Counted from the stretch's first letter, positions 16,971 through 27,716 are shown. The stretch: 64,000 nt of DNA from Opitutales bacterium (GCA_965197745.1 CBDANS010000006.1:768001-832000); one strand, 5' to 3'. The notes: generated from the sequence alone by a model not told the origin. Numbers and translations: made by a program.

Positions 16971-18334
16971 ACGACAATCAAAGCCGGGAAGAAAGTTTTT
17001 CCTATAACCAGAAAATTCTGAATTATATTCATCAGGCAGCCGAAAGCGGCGTCTATGATATTCGCGGTCTTGGAGCGAAGCGTCAGTTGCCCACCTTCGA
17101 CGACCTGGTTTTCCTCACTGCCTCGATGTCACGTTATCCCCTGGAAGGTTACCGCGAAAAATGTGAAACCAAAACGGTATTGGGGACACGTCACGCTAAG
17201 AAACCCATCGAGTTGGAAATTCCTATTACTATCGCGGGGATGAGTTTTGGTTCTTTGTCCGCCAATGTTAAGGAAGCCCTGGGTCGCGCCGCAACAGAGA
17301 TGGGAACGTCGACAACAACCGGGGACGGAGGGATGACGCCGGAAGAGCGGCAATCTTCCAAGACCCTCGTTTACCAGGTACTGCCTTCGAGATATGGATT
17401 AAACCCGGACGATTTGCGTAAAGCAGATGCGATTGAAATCGTAGTTGGTCAAGGGGCCAAGCCCGGCGGTGGAGGCATGTTGCTTGGATTAAAAGTGGGG
17501 GAACGAGTCGCGGAAATGAGGACCTTACCGGAAGGAATTGATCAGCGTTCCGCCTGCCGGCACCCCGACTGGACGGGCCCCGATGACCTCGCCATTAAAA
17601 TTCTGGAGTTGCGGGAAATTACCGACTGGGAAGTCCCCATCTATGTAAAGATCGGCGCCACGCGCGTTAAAGATGATGTCAAACTAGCCGTAAAATCAGG
17701 AGCTGATGTCATCGTCCTTGACGGGATGCAGGGGGGGACCGCGGCGACCCAGGAAGTGTTCATCGAACACGCCGGTATACCCACATTGCCCGCAGTGCGT
17801 CTTGCTGTTGAAGCGCTCGAGGAGATTGATATGTATGGTACCGTGCAGCTGATACTCTCGGGGGGAATACGCACCGGAGCTGATGCGGCCAAAGCGCTCG
17901 CCCTGGGAGCAGATGCCGTTTCATTAGGACAGGCGGTCCTCATGGCACTGGGTTGCAACAGCTCTCAATACGTGGATGGAAATGATCAGGTTGACGTCAC
18001 TAAAGAGTACCAGACCCTGGGAACATCTCCGGGTTTTTGTCATCATTGCCACACCGGCCTATGCCCGGTAGGGGTAACGACACAGCTCCCCGACCTGGAG
18101 AAACGCATGCAACCGGAATGGGGCGCACGACGTTTAAAAAATTATCTGCAAACCGTCACCATGGAAATGACGACCCTGACGCGCGCTTGCGGAAACTCCA
18201 ATGTTCATCATCTCGAACGGGAAGACCTTGTTGCTCTCACGGTCGAGGCTGCAGCCATGGCCAAACTGCCGCTCGCCGGCACCGATTGGATACCGGGAGA
18301 AGAAAAACACGATACAGGATGCAGTATTCATTGA
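16967..18334 (+). CDS. mgsC: N-methylglutamate synthase subunit C (FMN glutamate synthase family, GlxD)
   Basis: SRYPLEGYRE, GQGAKPGGGG, RHPDWTGPDDL, CHHCHTGLC; ATG overlaps mgsB stop (ATGA). Confidence 0.92.
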   Translation: MNDNQSREESFSYNQKILNYIHQAAESGVYDIRGLGAKRQLPTFDDLVFLTASMSRYPLEGYREKCETKTVLGTRHAKKPIELEIPITIAGMSFGSLSANVKEALGRAATEMGTSTTTGDGGMTPEERQSSKTLVYQVLPSRYGLNPDDLRKADAIEIVVGQGAKPGGGGMLLGLKVGERVAEMRTLPEGIDQRSACRHPDWTGPDDLAIKILELREITDWEVPIYVKIGATRVKDDVKLAVKSGADVIVLDGMQGGTAATQEVFIEHAGIPTLPAVRLAVEALEEIDMYGTVQLILSGGIRTGADAAKALALGADAVSLGQAVLMALGCNSSQYVDGNDQVDVTKEYQTLGTSPGFCHHCHTGLCPVGVTTQLPDLEKRMQPEWGARRLKNYLQTVTMEMTTLTRACGNSNVHHLEREDLVALTVEAAAMAKLPLAGTDWIPGEEKHDTGCSIH

Positions 18335-18616
18335 AAATTTCTCTTGCTTGGAAGTTTTCCACGGGCGCGTCCTTCTAAAATCGCGCCAGGGACCAGCCGT
18401 CGTCCCGCAGTGGCGGGACTATGGCCGGCAGGCACGATTCGACTGAGCTCGTCGCAGGTCGCGTTCCACCTTTCGTTTCAACTTTTTTACTTTTCTCTAA
18501 AGGAAATTGATTATGAGAAAACAAATGTATTATAGAATTCTAAGTATAAATAAATAATAATGTCTCTCTAAAATAAATCTTGTGCTGCTTGTGCATCTTG
18601 TGGCTATTTATTCTCT

Positions 18617-19648
18617 ATGGCAGAGCAAATTGTAAATAAATTAAATATTGCAGTGACCACTCCGGTCCTTCCGGACGGGAATGTTGCGGAAGAACAATTT
18701 AAAGCGCATATCCGAAATTTGCGAGAAAAGGGATTTGATGGCGAGCCGATCATCGATGGAATTGTAACAGCCGCATTAAACGGCGAAGCTAAATTCCTCA
18801 ATCAAAAGCAGCGGGATCAACTGATCCAGTATACGGGAGATTACCGTGATGAGGATCCCGATATTAACTTGATGGTCGCCACGCTTAGAGCTACCGAGGA
18901 TGAGTTGGACGAAGACTTTAAGACCCTGGATAGTAAAAATTTTACGGCCCTCGTGGTAGCGCCCCCGATGAACGACTCCGATCTCACTGATGATAAAATG
19001 GCAGATATCGTGGAGAAGGGATTTCAGATTACCGGACTGCCCATTTTGCTATACAACACACAGCAAGCTATCTTTACCTGCCGACTAAGCACGGTGCAAG
19101 CGGCATACAAACGCATAGGGGAAAACCTTCTGGGAATAAAAGATACACAAAATACCGATGTCATGACTCGTGATTATTCCAAACTGGTGCGAAGGGCAGG
19201 CAGTAGTGAAGTGCTGCCGATTATTATTGCCCAGGGCATGGATAAGCTTTTAGCCCCGGTGTGGGAAGAACAGAGCGTATTAAGAGATCAGGGGCTTTAT
19301 AAATATGAACCGACTAATATTTCCGGCTCATCTAATGTAAAGGACCTGGCTATTTTAACCGGCTACATGAAACATTATATAAAAAACGGTGATTGGGGAA
19401 AAGTTTTTGAGATTCAAAATTGTCTTAATACAGAATTTATGACGCTTCTCCTATGGAATGTTGTCGCCCTGGGAGGTGAGCAAGGAACGTGGAAGTCGTC
19501 GGTCAACTTTGAAATTCCAGATTATCCAATTGCCACGGTTGAAAATCCCAAAAGCCCGATCAAGACACTTACTGCTGATCAGGTAGCCCAAAAACACGCT
19601 ACCTGTCGTTACATAAAAGAACGTATAAAAACGTTTGCGCCAAATTAG
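18617..19648 (+). CDS. Divergent dihydrodipicolinate synthase (DapA-like) class I aldolase family protein
   Basis: VTTP..DG, ALNGE, VAPP, LLYN, GIKDT motifs. Confidence 0.75.
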   Translation: MAEQIVNKLNIAVTTPVLPDGNVAEEQFKAHIRNLREKGFDGEPIIDGIVTAALNGEAKFLNQKQRDQLIQYTGDYRDEDPDINLMVATLRATEDELDEDFKTLDSKNFTALVVAPPMNDSDLTDDKMADIVEKGFQITGLPILLYNTQQAIFTCRLSTVQAAYKRIGENLLGIKDTQNTDVMTRDYSKLVRRAGSSEVLPIIIAQGMDKLLAPVWEEQSVLRDQGLYKYEPTNISGSSNVKDLAILTGYMKHYIKNGDWGKVFEIQNCLNTEFMTLLLWNVVALGGEQGTWKSSVNFEIPDYPIATVENPKSPIKTLTADQVAQKHATCRYIKERIKTFAPN

Positions 19649-19802
19649 TACGATATAGCGAATTGCGTGTAGGAGCGAATGAACCTGTTATTCGCAGGCA
19701 CAGTGATAATCCCCGTAAATGGAAGATGTCGTTGCGCTCGGAATGATAAAATAACGAATAAGCGCAATATGTTCTAAATATCTTCTTACAACATACAATC
19801 CT

Positions 19803-20272
19803 ATTGTCATTGCGAGGAGCAACGCAACGCAGCAATCCAAGCATATAGTCATTGTGCCTGCGAATACCAGTCTGCGCTCATATCTTTCCAAAAAGGGTTC
19901 GTTTCTTCGATTAAGGCTATCTTCTTTTTTCTTGAACCGGCTTTGATTTGCTTTTCCCGTGCAATCGCATTTTGAATATCATAAAAGGGTTCGAGAAAGA
20001 CCAAAACTGTATATTTCTTATTTATTTGTGAACCCTTCTTTTATTTTATTTTTATGTTCCCATACTCTACGCAATAGATTGCGTGTGACCCCCGTGTATT
20101 GTGTTCCGTTACGTTTATTCGCTAGAATGTAAACATAATATACATTGCGCATATATATTTTATTCGGTTTATATATGATATTGGTTAAATCAATATTTCT
20201 GGAATGGAAGATGTCGGACTCTGCCCTCGGTAGCCGCGTCACCCGTTGCTGCGGGCTCCTCGCAATGACAAT
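19803..20272. mobile_element. IR-bounded GIY-YIG module (GTCATTGCGAG repeat family)
   Basis: Perfect 18-bp IR ATTGTCATTGCGAGGAGC (19803-19820) / GCTCCTCGCAATGACAAT (20255-20272); degenerate related copies near 19725-19748 and 20317-20360. Confidence 0.7.
19849..20152 (-). pseudogene. GIY-YIG nuclease (YhbQ-like), frameshifted
   Basis: YYVYILANKRNGTQYTGVT..RRVWEHK..GFT, stop at 20018, continues in another frame as AIAREKQIKAGSRKKKIALIEETNPFWKD. Confidence 0.88.
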
Positions 20273-20465
20273 GGAATGAACGGGTAGCGTTATTTAATTA
20301 ATTCTGCTTATCCCCTATTGTCATTACAGCGAGACGAAGCTACCGAGCGTAGCGACATCTTTCATTCCAGGGGGATGTCTGTTGCGTAATGCAGGTCTCT
20401 GGACGCGATTGTATACTCTCGGCTGAATGCTACCAAAGGAATATACAAAGCTGAGTCTATTGTAA

Positions 20466-21800
20466 TTATAGAGCTGCTTTCCGCACCTTTAAGAATAAGG
20501 TTGTAGCCATTATCAGTAATCCTGCACCCAGGGTAATAATCGTGAAGACCCAATGGAGATCATGGATTATTAACATGGGAGCGAGGGTCACGAGCAATAC
20601 TTCGAGAGGCCCGATCGCGAGGTAAGTGACCGCAAAGTCACTGAGAACATAAGCTTTATTTTTGGCATCGACAATTCGCAAAAGGGCGATGGCAATGGCC
20701 ATAATTCCCGTGACCCACCCCCAGGTATAGAGCGACTTTTCAAACCAGTATTCTCGAAAAATAATCGGTCCAAGAAAACGAAAAAGCGCCCAACAGAAGA
20801 TGACACCAACAATAAAAAGGCTGATCAGGGGATAAGCATATTTTAAAAGAATGGGTATTTGGATAGAGGATATGCCAAAGACGACAAGTATATCGGTAAA
20901 GGACCCACATAAGCGAAGCGAAGTTTTCTGATCGATGTATTGATACCCTCGAAACGCTTTCAATCCCTGCTTCATGAAAATAGCGACTAAGAAAGCTAAA
21001 GAAAATGTTGGTATGTGGTAGCTGCGCATCCATTCGGAACTCAATACGCCAAGATAATAACCGATTACCGCGGCTGCAGCGATTAGCGCAAAATGAAAAA
21101 TTAACGGATCAATAGTGAGCGGAGAAACCGTCTCTTTACCTAATGATTCACGTTTTTCTTCTGGAACCAACCCGGTGCGCAACTCATTTGGCAATTCTTT
21201 AAATGGCGTGATAAAATGGGTGGCGCCCTTATGTGATCCCCACTTAATCCATGCCATACCACCAACAATTGAACACAAAATTCCCACGGTAGCGGAAGTC
21301 ATGGCGAGCGATTGTGCCTCCTCCCATCCGTGAGCAGTAAATGTACTGCCTACGGCGGCGGCGGTGCCGTGACCTCCAATAAATCCAGCGGCTAAAAGAG
21401 CTCCAAACCCGGGATGCAGCCCAGGCCAGAAAATGCTTAAGAGAGCCAGGGCAAAGAGCATACCCAGTCCCCACTGCCCGAGCATGGTAATTGTCGAGTA
21501 GGCCCACAATTCACCTGCCCTTCGGCTGCTCCTTGAGAAGATGAAATCCTGGGAAGCGAAAGGAAGTGACGCAAAAACGAGCGCGATCAGGATACCGGGA
21601 TAATGCGCAATGAAGTTTGAGAAGGGCAGGATATCAAGACCGCCAGGTCCCAGGATAAGTCCCAAAAATCCCGCAATAATATTCGCGGGCAAGAACAATT
21701 TTTGGAGGGTGACAATCCTGCTGCGCATCCACTGCCCCAAAAGGAGCAGAATCGCCACCAGACCAAAGTCGACAAATAAACCCCATGCCGTATTTTCCAC
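20466..21800 (-). CDS. gltS: Sodium/glutamate symporter (GltS family)
   Basis: LFLPANIIAG, GFIGGHGTAAA, ALLRIVD; multi-pass membrane protein. Confidence 0.85.
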   Translation of the reverse strand: MENTAWGLFVDFGLVAILLLLGQWMRSRIVTLQKLFLPANIIAGFLGLILGPGGLDILPFSNFIAHYPGILIALVFASLPFASQDFIFSRSSRRAGELWAYSTITMLGQWGLGMLFALALLSIFWPGLHPGFGALLAAGFIGGHGTAAAVGSTFTAHGWEEAQSLAMTSATVGILCSIVGGMAWIKWGSHKGATHFITPFKELPNELRTGLVPEEKRESLGKETVSPLTIDPLIFHFALIAAAAVIGYYLGVLSSEWMRSYHIPTFSLAFLVAIFMKQGLKAFRGYQYIDQKTSLRLCGSFTDILVVFGISSIQIPILLKYAYPLISLFIVGVIFCWALFRFLGPIIFREYWFEKSLYTWGWVTGIMAIAIALLRIVDAKNKAYVLSDFAVTYLAIGPLEVLLVTLAPMLIIHDLHWVFTIITLGAGLLIMATTLFLKVRKAAL

Positions 21801-22001
21801 TCGCTTACTTAATAATAATAAACAAAGCGATGGAATAAAATAATGGGGTAAAATGTTTTTACTTTACACTCCTGTCTGATTTACCCTTCTGCCATGCATC
21901 CTCTGTGCCCCTAACACCCCGAGGACATGCAGCCTTTCATAAGTAAGCTTGAAGCATTCTATAATGAGTGATTATGTCAGGGTCATAATCATAGGGGATA
22001 A

Positions 22002-23306
22002 ATGAAAGCACGGTTTGGAATTTCAATAATGCCACTACTCTTTGGCATGGCCCTCATTGCAGTGTTGATCCTTGGGTGGATGTATTTCCAATCTCAGAGA
22101 GCGCTAAGCCAAATCGAGGATGAAAAAGTACATCTCGTCCTGGCCCTTAACGTAAGTCATAGAGATCGACCATTCTTTGTCGAGACGGTCGATGCATTTA
22201 TGAAAGAACACCCAAACATTGAGGTGGAAATTCGGAACATAGCCGGGGTCAGGTTCTATCAAAAAATACTCATCATGATGGCGGGTAAAGTGGCGCCCGA
22301 TTTAATGTGGATGGGACAGAGCTTTGCTGAATTTGCCCATAAGGGGGCGTTTCTCGATATAACTGATCGCCTCAAAGATATCCCGACCGATGAGTTTTTA
22401 CCCCAGGCCCTGAGCTGGTATCGCATGAACGGGCGGCATTACGGGGTGCCCTATGCCATTCATATGCGCATCTTCGCTTATAATAGAAAGCTTTTTGATG
22501 AGGCCGGCATTCCCTACCCCTCGGATGACTGGGACTTTGATGAGTTTTTGGAAATAACTAAAAAATTAACGGTGGATAAGGATGGCGATGGGCAAATAGA
22601 TCAATATGGTTTCCGTGGCGGTTTACACCGTGCAACATTTGGCGCGGAATTTTTTTCTGATGATGGACAGCTGGCACTTTGTAATACCCCTGAAATGTTG
22701 AACTTTTTTCAGACAAGACTGGACTTGGCCTTTAAATATAAAGTTCAACCCTCACTGGAAATGAGAAACCAGGAAGGAAGAAATTCAGCTATTGTTCTCT
22801 ATACCCCCTTTGCCCAGGGAAGATACGCGATAGTCGATTCAGGAAATGGGGATCGTGTCGTTATGCTAGAAAAATGTGCCGATATTGATTGGGATTACGT
22901 CCTCTGTCCCAAAGTAAAACGGCACGCGCAGTGGACATCAAGCGCGGCAATCGTTATTTCTGCCGATACGCGCCACCCCGATGAATCCTGGGAACTATGT
23001 AAAGTATTCATCAGTGATAAATTCCAGAAATCAATGGCCCTTTCCGGAATGCCTACTAATATTAAAGTAGCGGAAGAAGTCATTGCCGAGCACCGGGGTA
23101 CGCCCTCAAATCTAAAAGCAGTACTGAAAGCATACGATTTCCTCTACCCCACTCCGCGCGTTCCCAACTTAAAGGAACTGGAAGCGATATATGTCGATGC
23201 AGAAGAAAAAATATTGTTGCGTATGGCAACTCCCGAGGACGCGTTGAACGATGCGCAAAGAAAGATGACTCTCGCAATCAAGAAATTAAACGAGAGAAAC
23301 CGATGA
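22002..23306 (+). CDS. Carbohydrate ABC transporter substrate-binding protein
   Basis: N-terminal anchor, APDLMW, YNRKLFDEAGIPYPSDDW, DKDGDGQIDQYG. Confidence 0.88.
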   Translation: MKARFGISIMPLLFGMALIAVLILGWMYFQSQRALSQIEDEKVHLVLALNVSHRDRPFFVETVDAFMKEHPNIEVEIRNIAGVRFYQKILIMMAGKVAPDLMWMGQSFAEFAHKGAFLDITDRLKDIPTDEFLPQALSWYRMNGRHYGVPYAIHMRIFAYNRKLFDEAGIPYPSDDWDFDEFLEITKKLTVDKDGDGQIDQYGFRGGLHRATFGAEFFSDDGQLALCNTPEMLNFFQTRLDLAFKYKVQPSLEMRNQEGRNSAIVLYTPFAQGRYAIVDSGNGDRVVMLEKCADIDWDYVLCPKVKRHAQWTSSAAIVISADTRHPDESWELCKVFISDKFQKSMALSGMPTNIKVAEEVIAEHRGTPSNLKAVLKAYDFLYPTPRVPNLKELEAIYVDAEEKILLRMATPEDALNDAQRKMTLAIKKLNERNR

Positions 23307-24208
23307 AAAGAGAACAAGATATTACGGCGTTCGTTTTTCTCTCACCCAATATATTTGGATTCCTCGTATTTACCCTTTTCCCAGTCCTCGCCGCATTTGC
23401 CTTGAGTTTATTTCGCTGGGATATTTTTCACGCCCCTAATTTTATAGGTCTGCAAAATTATTTCGATCTTCTGGGCTGGGTTTTTGAGGATAAAACTTTC
23501 CAATGGATCGATCCTGACTTTTGGAAATTTCTCGGCAATACGGCATTTTATCTCCTGGCCATACCCTTAAGCATGGCGGCCTCTTTATTTCTGGCGATAA
23601 TTTTAAATCAAAAACTCCGGTGTCGGATTTTCTTTCGCACCGTGTTCTTTCTTCCCACTATCTCAGCGAGTGTAGGCTTATTGATCCTTTGGAAGTATCT
23701 TTACAACGGAGATTATGGCCTGTTCAACTTCCTCTTATCCAAAATCGGTATCGACGGCCCGGGCTGGCTTACCGATTATCACTGGGCGAAACCTTCGATA
23801 ATGATGATGATGATCTGGGGCAGCATGGGAGGCGTCGCCATGGTCATCTACCTCGCCGGTCTCCAGAATATCCCTCGCGAACTCTATGAAGCCGCGGAAC
23901 TTGACGGCGCTAACGGTTGGAATCAATTTTGCCATATCACCTGGCCGATGTTGGCCCCGACAACTTTCTTCATTTTCGTTACATCGATAATCGCCGGTTT
24001 TCAAAGCGGTTTTGATGCCGCTTATATATTGACTCAAGGAGGCCCGGCAGGTGCTACAACGACCCTTGATTATTACATATATAATCACGCTTTTGTCTAT
24101 TTCAATATGGGTTACTCAGCAACGATCGCGGTTGTTTTATTCTTTATCGTCTTTTGCGTCACAATGATAAATTGGCGATTTGGAGGGAAGAAAGTTCATT
24201 ATGCGTAA
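23303..24208 (+). CDS. Carbohydrate ABC transporter permease 1
   Basis: LAGLQNIPRELYEAAELDGA (EAA motif), LTQGGP. Confidence 0.92.
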   Translation: MKREQDITAFVFLSPNIFGFLVFTLFPVLAAFALSLFRWDIFHAPNFIGLQNYFDLLGWVFEDKTFQWIDPDFWKFLGNTAFYLLAIPLSMAASLFLAIILNQKLRCRIFFRTVFFLPTISASVGLLILWKYLYNGDYGLFNFLLSKIGIDGPGWLTDYHWAKPSIMMMMIWGSMGGVAMVIYLAGLQNIPRELYEAAELDGANGWNQFCHITWPMLAPTTFFIFVTSIIAGFQSGFDAAYILTQGGPAGATTTLDYYIYNHAFVYFNMGYSATIAVVLFFIVFCVTMINWRFGGKKVHYA

Positions 24209-25427
24209 TATTGAATTAACCCGGTCGGGACGACGACGTATAAGCCATGCGATGAGCTATGCCTTTTTGATTACCGTCGGTGTGACGATGTTATTTCCTT
24301 TTTTCTGGATGCTCATTACTTCCGTAAAATCACGCTATTCAGATGCCCTGAATTTAAACAAACTGCTCCCGGAAACTGTCTGGCAAATTTCCGCCAATGA
24401 TATCCGCGACTGGACTGCACTCTTCAGTAAACTAGAGCGCACAGACAGAATGAACAATTCTTCTGTACTAAAATCTATCTGGACTGCGATGGAACCCAAT
24501 GAACAAGGCAAGATCATCAGTGTGGTAAATCGAGGTAATCACGGAGAAGAGGATAAAAAAGTGTTAGTGACCGGATTGAATCTAATCCTGATTAACCAGG
24601 AACTATGGAAAAATGAAGATGCGGCGGCTGGCCTCAGACCAGAAGAAAAAGCCATTATCACAAGTAATGGTCCACTGATAAAAGGACAAAGAGTTAAAAT
24701 AAATCGCATGATTATCGATGCGCTTTTCCCCGAAGAAATACAGAAAGCGCACTGCTACCACTGGAGAAATTATCGAACGGTCTTTATAGAAATTAATTTT
24801 TATCGCGCGATTTTGAACAGTTTTTTTGTCACCTTGATGATTACGGTAGGCCAGGTATTTACCAGTTCACTGGCGGCATACGCCTTTGCCCGGCTTAATT
24901 TTTTTGCCCGTGATCATATTTTTCTCGGCTACCTGGCAACGCTGATGGTTCCTGGCACAGTTACGATGATACCGGTGTTTATTATTTTACGTGAACTCGG
25001 GTGGATTGATACCTATTACGCTCTCATTGTCCCCCCCCTATTCAGCGCTTACGGGACGTTTATGTTGCGCCAGTTCTTCCTTTCCCTACCCCGCGCGGTG
25101 GAAGAAGCCGCCATCCTCGACGGGTGTAATGCCTTTGGAGTTTACTGGCATGTCATTTTACCGCTCTCCAAACCGGGTTTATCCGCATTAGCGATACTAA
25201 CCTTTATAGGTTCCTGGAGAAGTTTCATGTGGCCATTGATCGTTTCTCATAGCGATGACATGTATACTTTGCCCGTTGCCTTATCCCTCTTCCAATCATT
25301 TTTCGAAATCGAATGGACGCTTTTAATGGCTGGATCGATTATCATGATCGCTCCCATGGTGATTATTTTCATTATCGGTCAGCGCTATTTTATAGAGGGG
25401 ATTCAGCTGGGCGCCGTGAATGGCTGA
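24201..25427 (+). CDS. Carbohydrate ABC transporter permease 2 with large inserted loop domain
   Basis: AAYAFARL, EEAAILDGC (EAA), RYFIEGI; ATG 24201 overlaps the upstream gene. Confidence 0.9.
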   Translation: MRNIELTRSGRRRISHAMSYAFLITVGVTMLFPFFWMLITSVKSRYSDALNLNKLLPETVWQISANDIRDWTALFSKLERTDRMNNSSVLKSIWTAMEPNEQGKIISVVNRGNHGEEDKKVLVTGLNLILINQELWKNEDAAAGLRPEEKAIITSNGPLIKGQRVKINRMIIDALFPEEIQKAHCYHWRNYRTVFIEINFYRAILNSFFVTLMITVGQVFTSSLAAYAFARLNFFARDHIFLGYLATLMVPGTVTMIPVFIILRELGWIDTYYALIVPPLFSAYGTFMLRQFFLSLPRAVEEAAILDGCNAFGVYWHVILPLSKPGLSALAILTFIGSWRSFMWPLIVSHSDDMYTLPVALSLFQSFFEIEWTLLMAGSIIMIAPMVIIFIIGQRYFIEGIQLGAVNG

Positions 25428-25539
25428 ACTTTGCTTCTTTCCTCCCGGCCCGAAAAATAATCCGCGCCACCGTTCCACAACTGCTTAACAGTGGCGAATC
25501 AAGTCGAGCGTAGCACTCCAGTAATTTATCCACCCGCAC

Positions 25540-26700
25540 TTATCGCTTTTTGAAACTGAATAGAAAGAGTATAATACCCAATCCTACGCTAAGAGTGCCG
25601 ATGATACCGAAGGTGGTGGCAATTCCATACCGGGTTGTAAATGGTTGGGCAATAATTGGAGAAAAAAACATTCCCAAATAAGTGCAGGTCGCCAAACCAC
25701 CTATTGCTCGACCGCGAAATTGGAAGGGAGTCACTGTATTCAGCCATAGATTGGCATTAGGCCAGAACCAACCCAGCCCCAGTGAGGTGATGATGAGCCC
25801 GAATAATGTAAACTTAATACCCGCTGAAAAATATAAGATTATGTAGCTCACACCGAGAAATAAAAAGGAACTGAATGCTATTTCTAAAAAACTGAAGTGG
25901 GTTTTTATTTTTCCATAAGTCAAAGAAATACATGCAGACAACAAATTCATACCCGCGAGAATAAGACCAATGTGAGTGCTACTGGTATACAATAAGTCCT
26001 GCAGAAAAAAGGGTATCAGCACGGGGACAAGATAAAAGAATGAGATATGAATAAAGATAAGCGCATAGATTGACACGATGATCAAATAGGGAAGTGTCAC
26101 ATCCTCGAACTTCGACTTTTCAGGATCTTTCTTTTTAATTTGTTGCGGTTCATTGATAAAAAAAATACACGCCGGCAATATAATGACCGCTATCGCGTAG
26201 GAGATAAATGGAGCCCGCCAATGTAGATCCCCCAGGACCCCCCCCAAACTTAGAAATACAACCGCACCAAATCCCATGACGGATGTCTGAAACCCCATCA
26301 TCCTCTGCCTTTCTTCTCTTTCATAATAATCTGCAGTTAAAGCAATACAGGTGGTCAGGATGCCGCCAATTGAAATTCCCAGCAAAGCTCGCCCGATAAT
26401 CAGAGTGAAAAGCGAGTTAAGATATAACCCAGAAGTACCCGCCAGGCCAAAGACAATTAGAGAAGATATGAGTATTAACTTTCGTCCTAATCGGTCGACG
26501 ACATATCCGGCTAGTGGAGCAGTGATCGCGGTGAATAAAAAAGGGGTAGTGAGAAATAATCGGACTAACAATTCAGCATTGGGTACTCCTTGAAAATAGT
26601 CTGAGACCTTCGGCATCGCTGCGACCACCGTGGTCCCCGACATCACGGTCATACTGCTTGTCGTTAACAAGGTAGCCAGACGTATGGTATTTTTTTTCAC
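25540..26700 (-). CDS. MFS transporter
   Basis: GYVVDRLGRK motif A, GRALLG, about 12 TM segments. Confidence 0.9.
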   Translation of the reverse strand: MKKNTIRLATLLTTSSMTVMSGTTVVAAMPKVSDYFQGVPNAELLVRLFLTTPFLFTAITAPLAGYVVDRLGRKLILISSLIVFGLAGTSGLYLNSLFTLIIGRALLGISIGGILTTCIALTADYYEREERQRMMGFQTSVMGFGAVVFLSLGGVLGDLHWRAPFISYAIAVIILPACIFFINEPQQIKKKDPEKSKFEDVTLPYLIIVSIYALIFIHISFFYLVPVLIPFFLQDLLYTSSTHIGLILAGMNLLSACISLTYGKIKTHFSFLEIAFSSFLFLGVSYIILYFSAGIKFTLFGLIITSLGLGWFWPNANLWLNTVTPFQFRGRAIGGLATCTYLGMFFSPIIAQPFTTRYGIATTFGIIGTLSVGLGIILFLFSFKKR

Positions 26701-26976
26701 TTCAGGAGCCCCAGATTTCTCAAGGGTATAGGTTTAATCTGAGGGTGCTTCTAACCACAGAATCGAAAAAGTAAGCCCTTTGCGACAAATAGGAAAAGCA
26801 CTAAATTGTAAAATTCACTCTTTTTCTCATTCCTGAATAGGGCCTAAAGCCATAATTGGGGTGTTTTTAGTAAAAACCCTGTAAAACGCTTCTTTTAACC
26901 ATTATTATAGGGTATTAAACCTAGACAATTCATCACTATCACCCTATTATTATTCCCATTAGAATGATAAAATATA

Positions 26977-27573
26977 ATGAAGCACTCAGCTAACTTTAGA
27001 AAAATATTTTGCTATAGCCTGTTCTTACTGATTTTCGGGGGTGTAACGGCAATGGCACGCTTAGGGGAAAACTTTGAAGTAATCACTCAACGTCTCGGTA
27101 AGCCGAGTATCGAGATGAGAGACAAGGACACCTATGGATGGCTATTGGATCGCAGTGAGGATCACTATCTTGTTGTTGTCTTTAATAATAAGGGCAAATC
27201 AGTTGCTGAGCAGGTAAAGAGTTTCGACCGGGACCTGGATTCCGTTCAGATTTTGAATTTCTTTGAATCGGCAATTGGAAAAAAGATAAAGGAAAAAGAT
27301 TTTACTCCCGATCGCACCGTTGAATTTGCAGGTTTTAAATTAGACTTTGGTAGAACTGCGGCCACCTATTTGGACAATGCAAGTAATATACTCTATGTTT
27401 GGGAAAGAGGAGCTAACCCTTCGGCCAGTGTTTACAATAAAAAAGGGATTTGGGTCAGCCAGAATAACCGGGATAAATATAAAATGCATTCCCGGAACAA
27501 TTCACTTTTGACCTCAAAGAAACATAGAATGCTCACTTTGGGTAAGTCGACGGTGATAGCATCACAACGCTGA
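26977..27573 (+). CDS. Hypothetical secreted protein
   Basis: Signal-peptide-like N-terminus followed by ARLGE; no family recognised. Confidence 0.6.
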   Translation: MKHSANFRKIFCYSLFLLIFGGVTAMARLGENFEVITQRLGKPSIEMRDKDTYGWLLDRSEDHYLVVVFNNKGKSVAEQVKSFDRDLDSVQILNFFESAIGKKIKEKDFTPDRTVEFAGFKLDFGRTAATYLDNASNILYVWERGANPSASVYNKKGIWVSQNNRDKYKMHSRNNSLLTSKKHRMLTLGKSTVIASQR

Positions 27574-27716
27574 ACAGTACTGTCCCCCTATTGATTAAGC
27601 CGCACGCCTCAGCTCTCTGAGCTTCAGACTTCGCCTAGACAATAATGCATTCGAATATCTATTGGGCCTTGTTCACCGATATCTGGCTTGCCAGCCGTAG
27701 CCCAATGGGCGAAGGC

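Noticed and set aside
14053..18334. Housekeeping glutamine synthetase plus GOGAT
   Set aside because: AGFAGFA-type GS and split GlxB/C/D subunits match GmaS and MgsABC, not GlnA and GltBD
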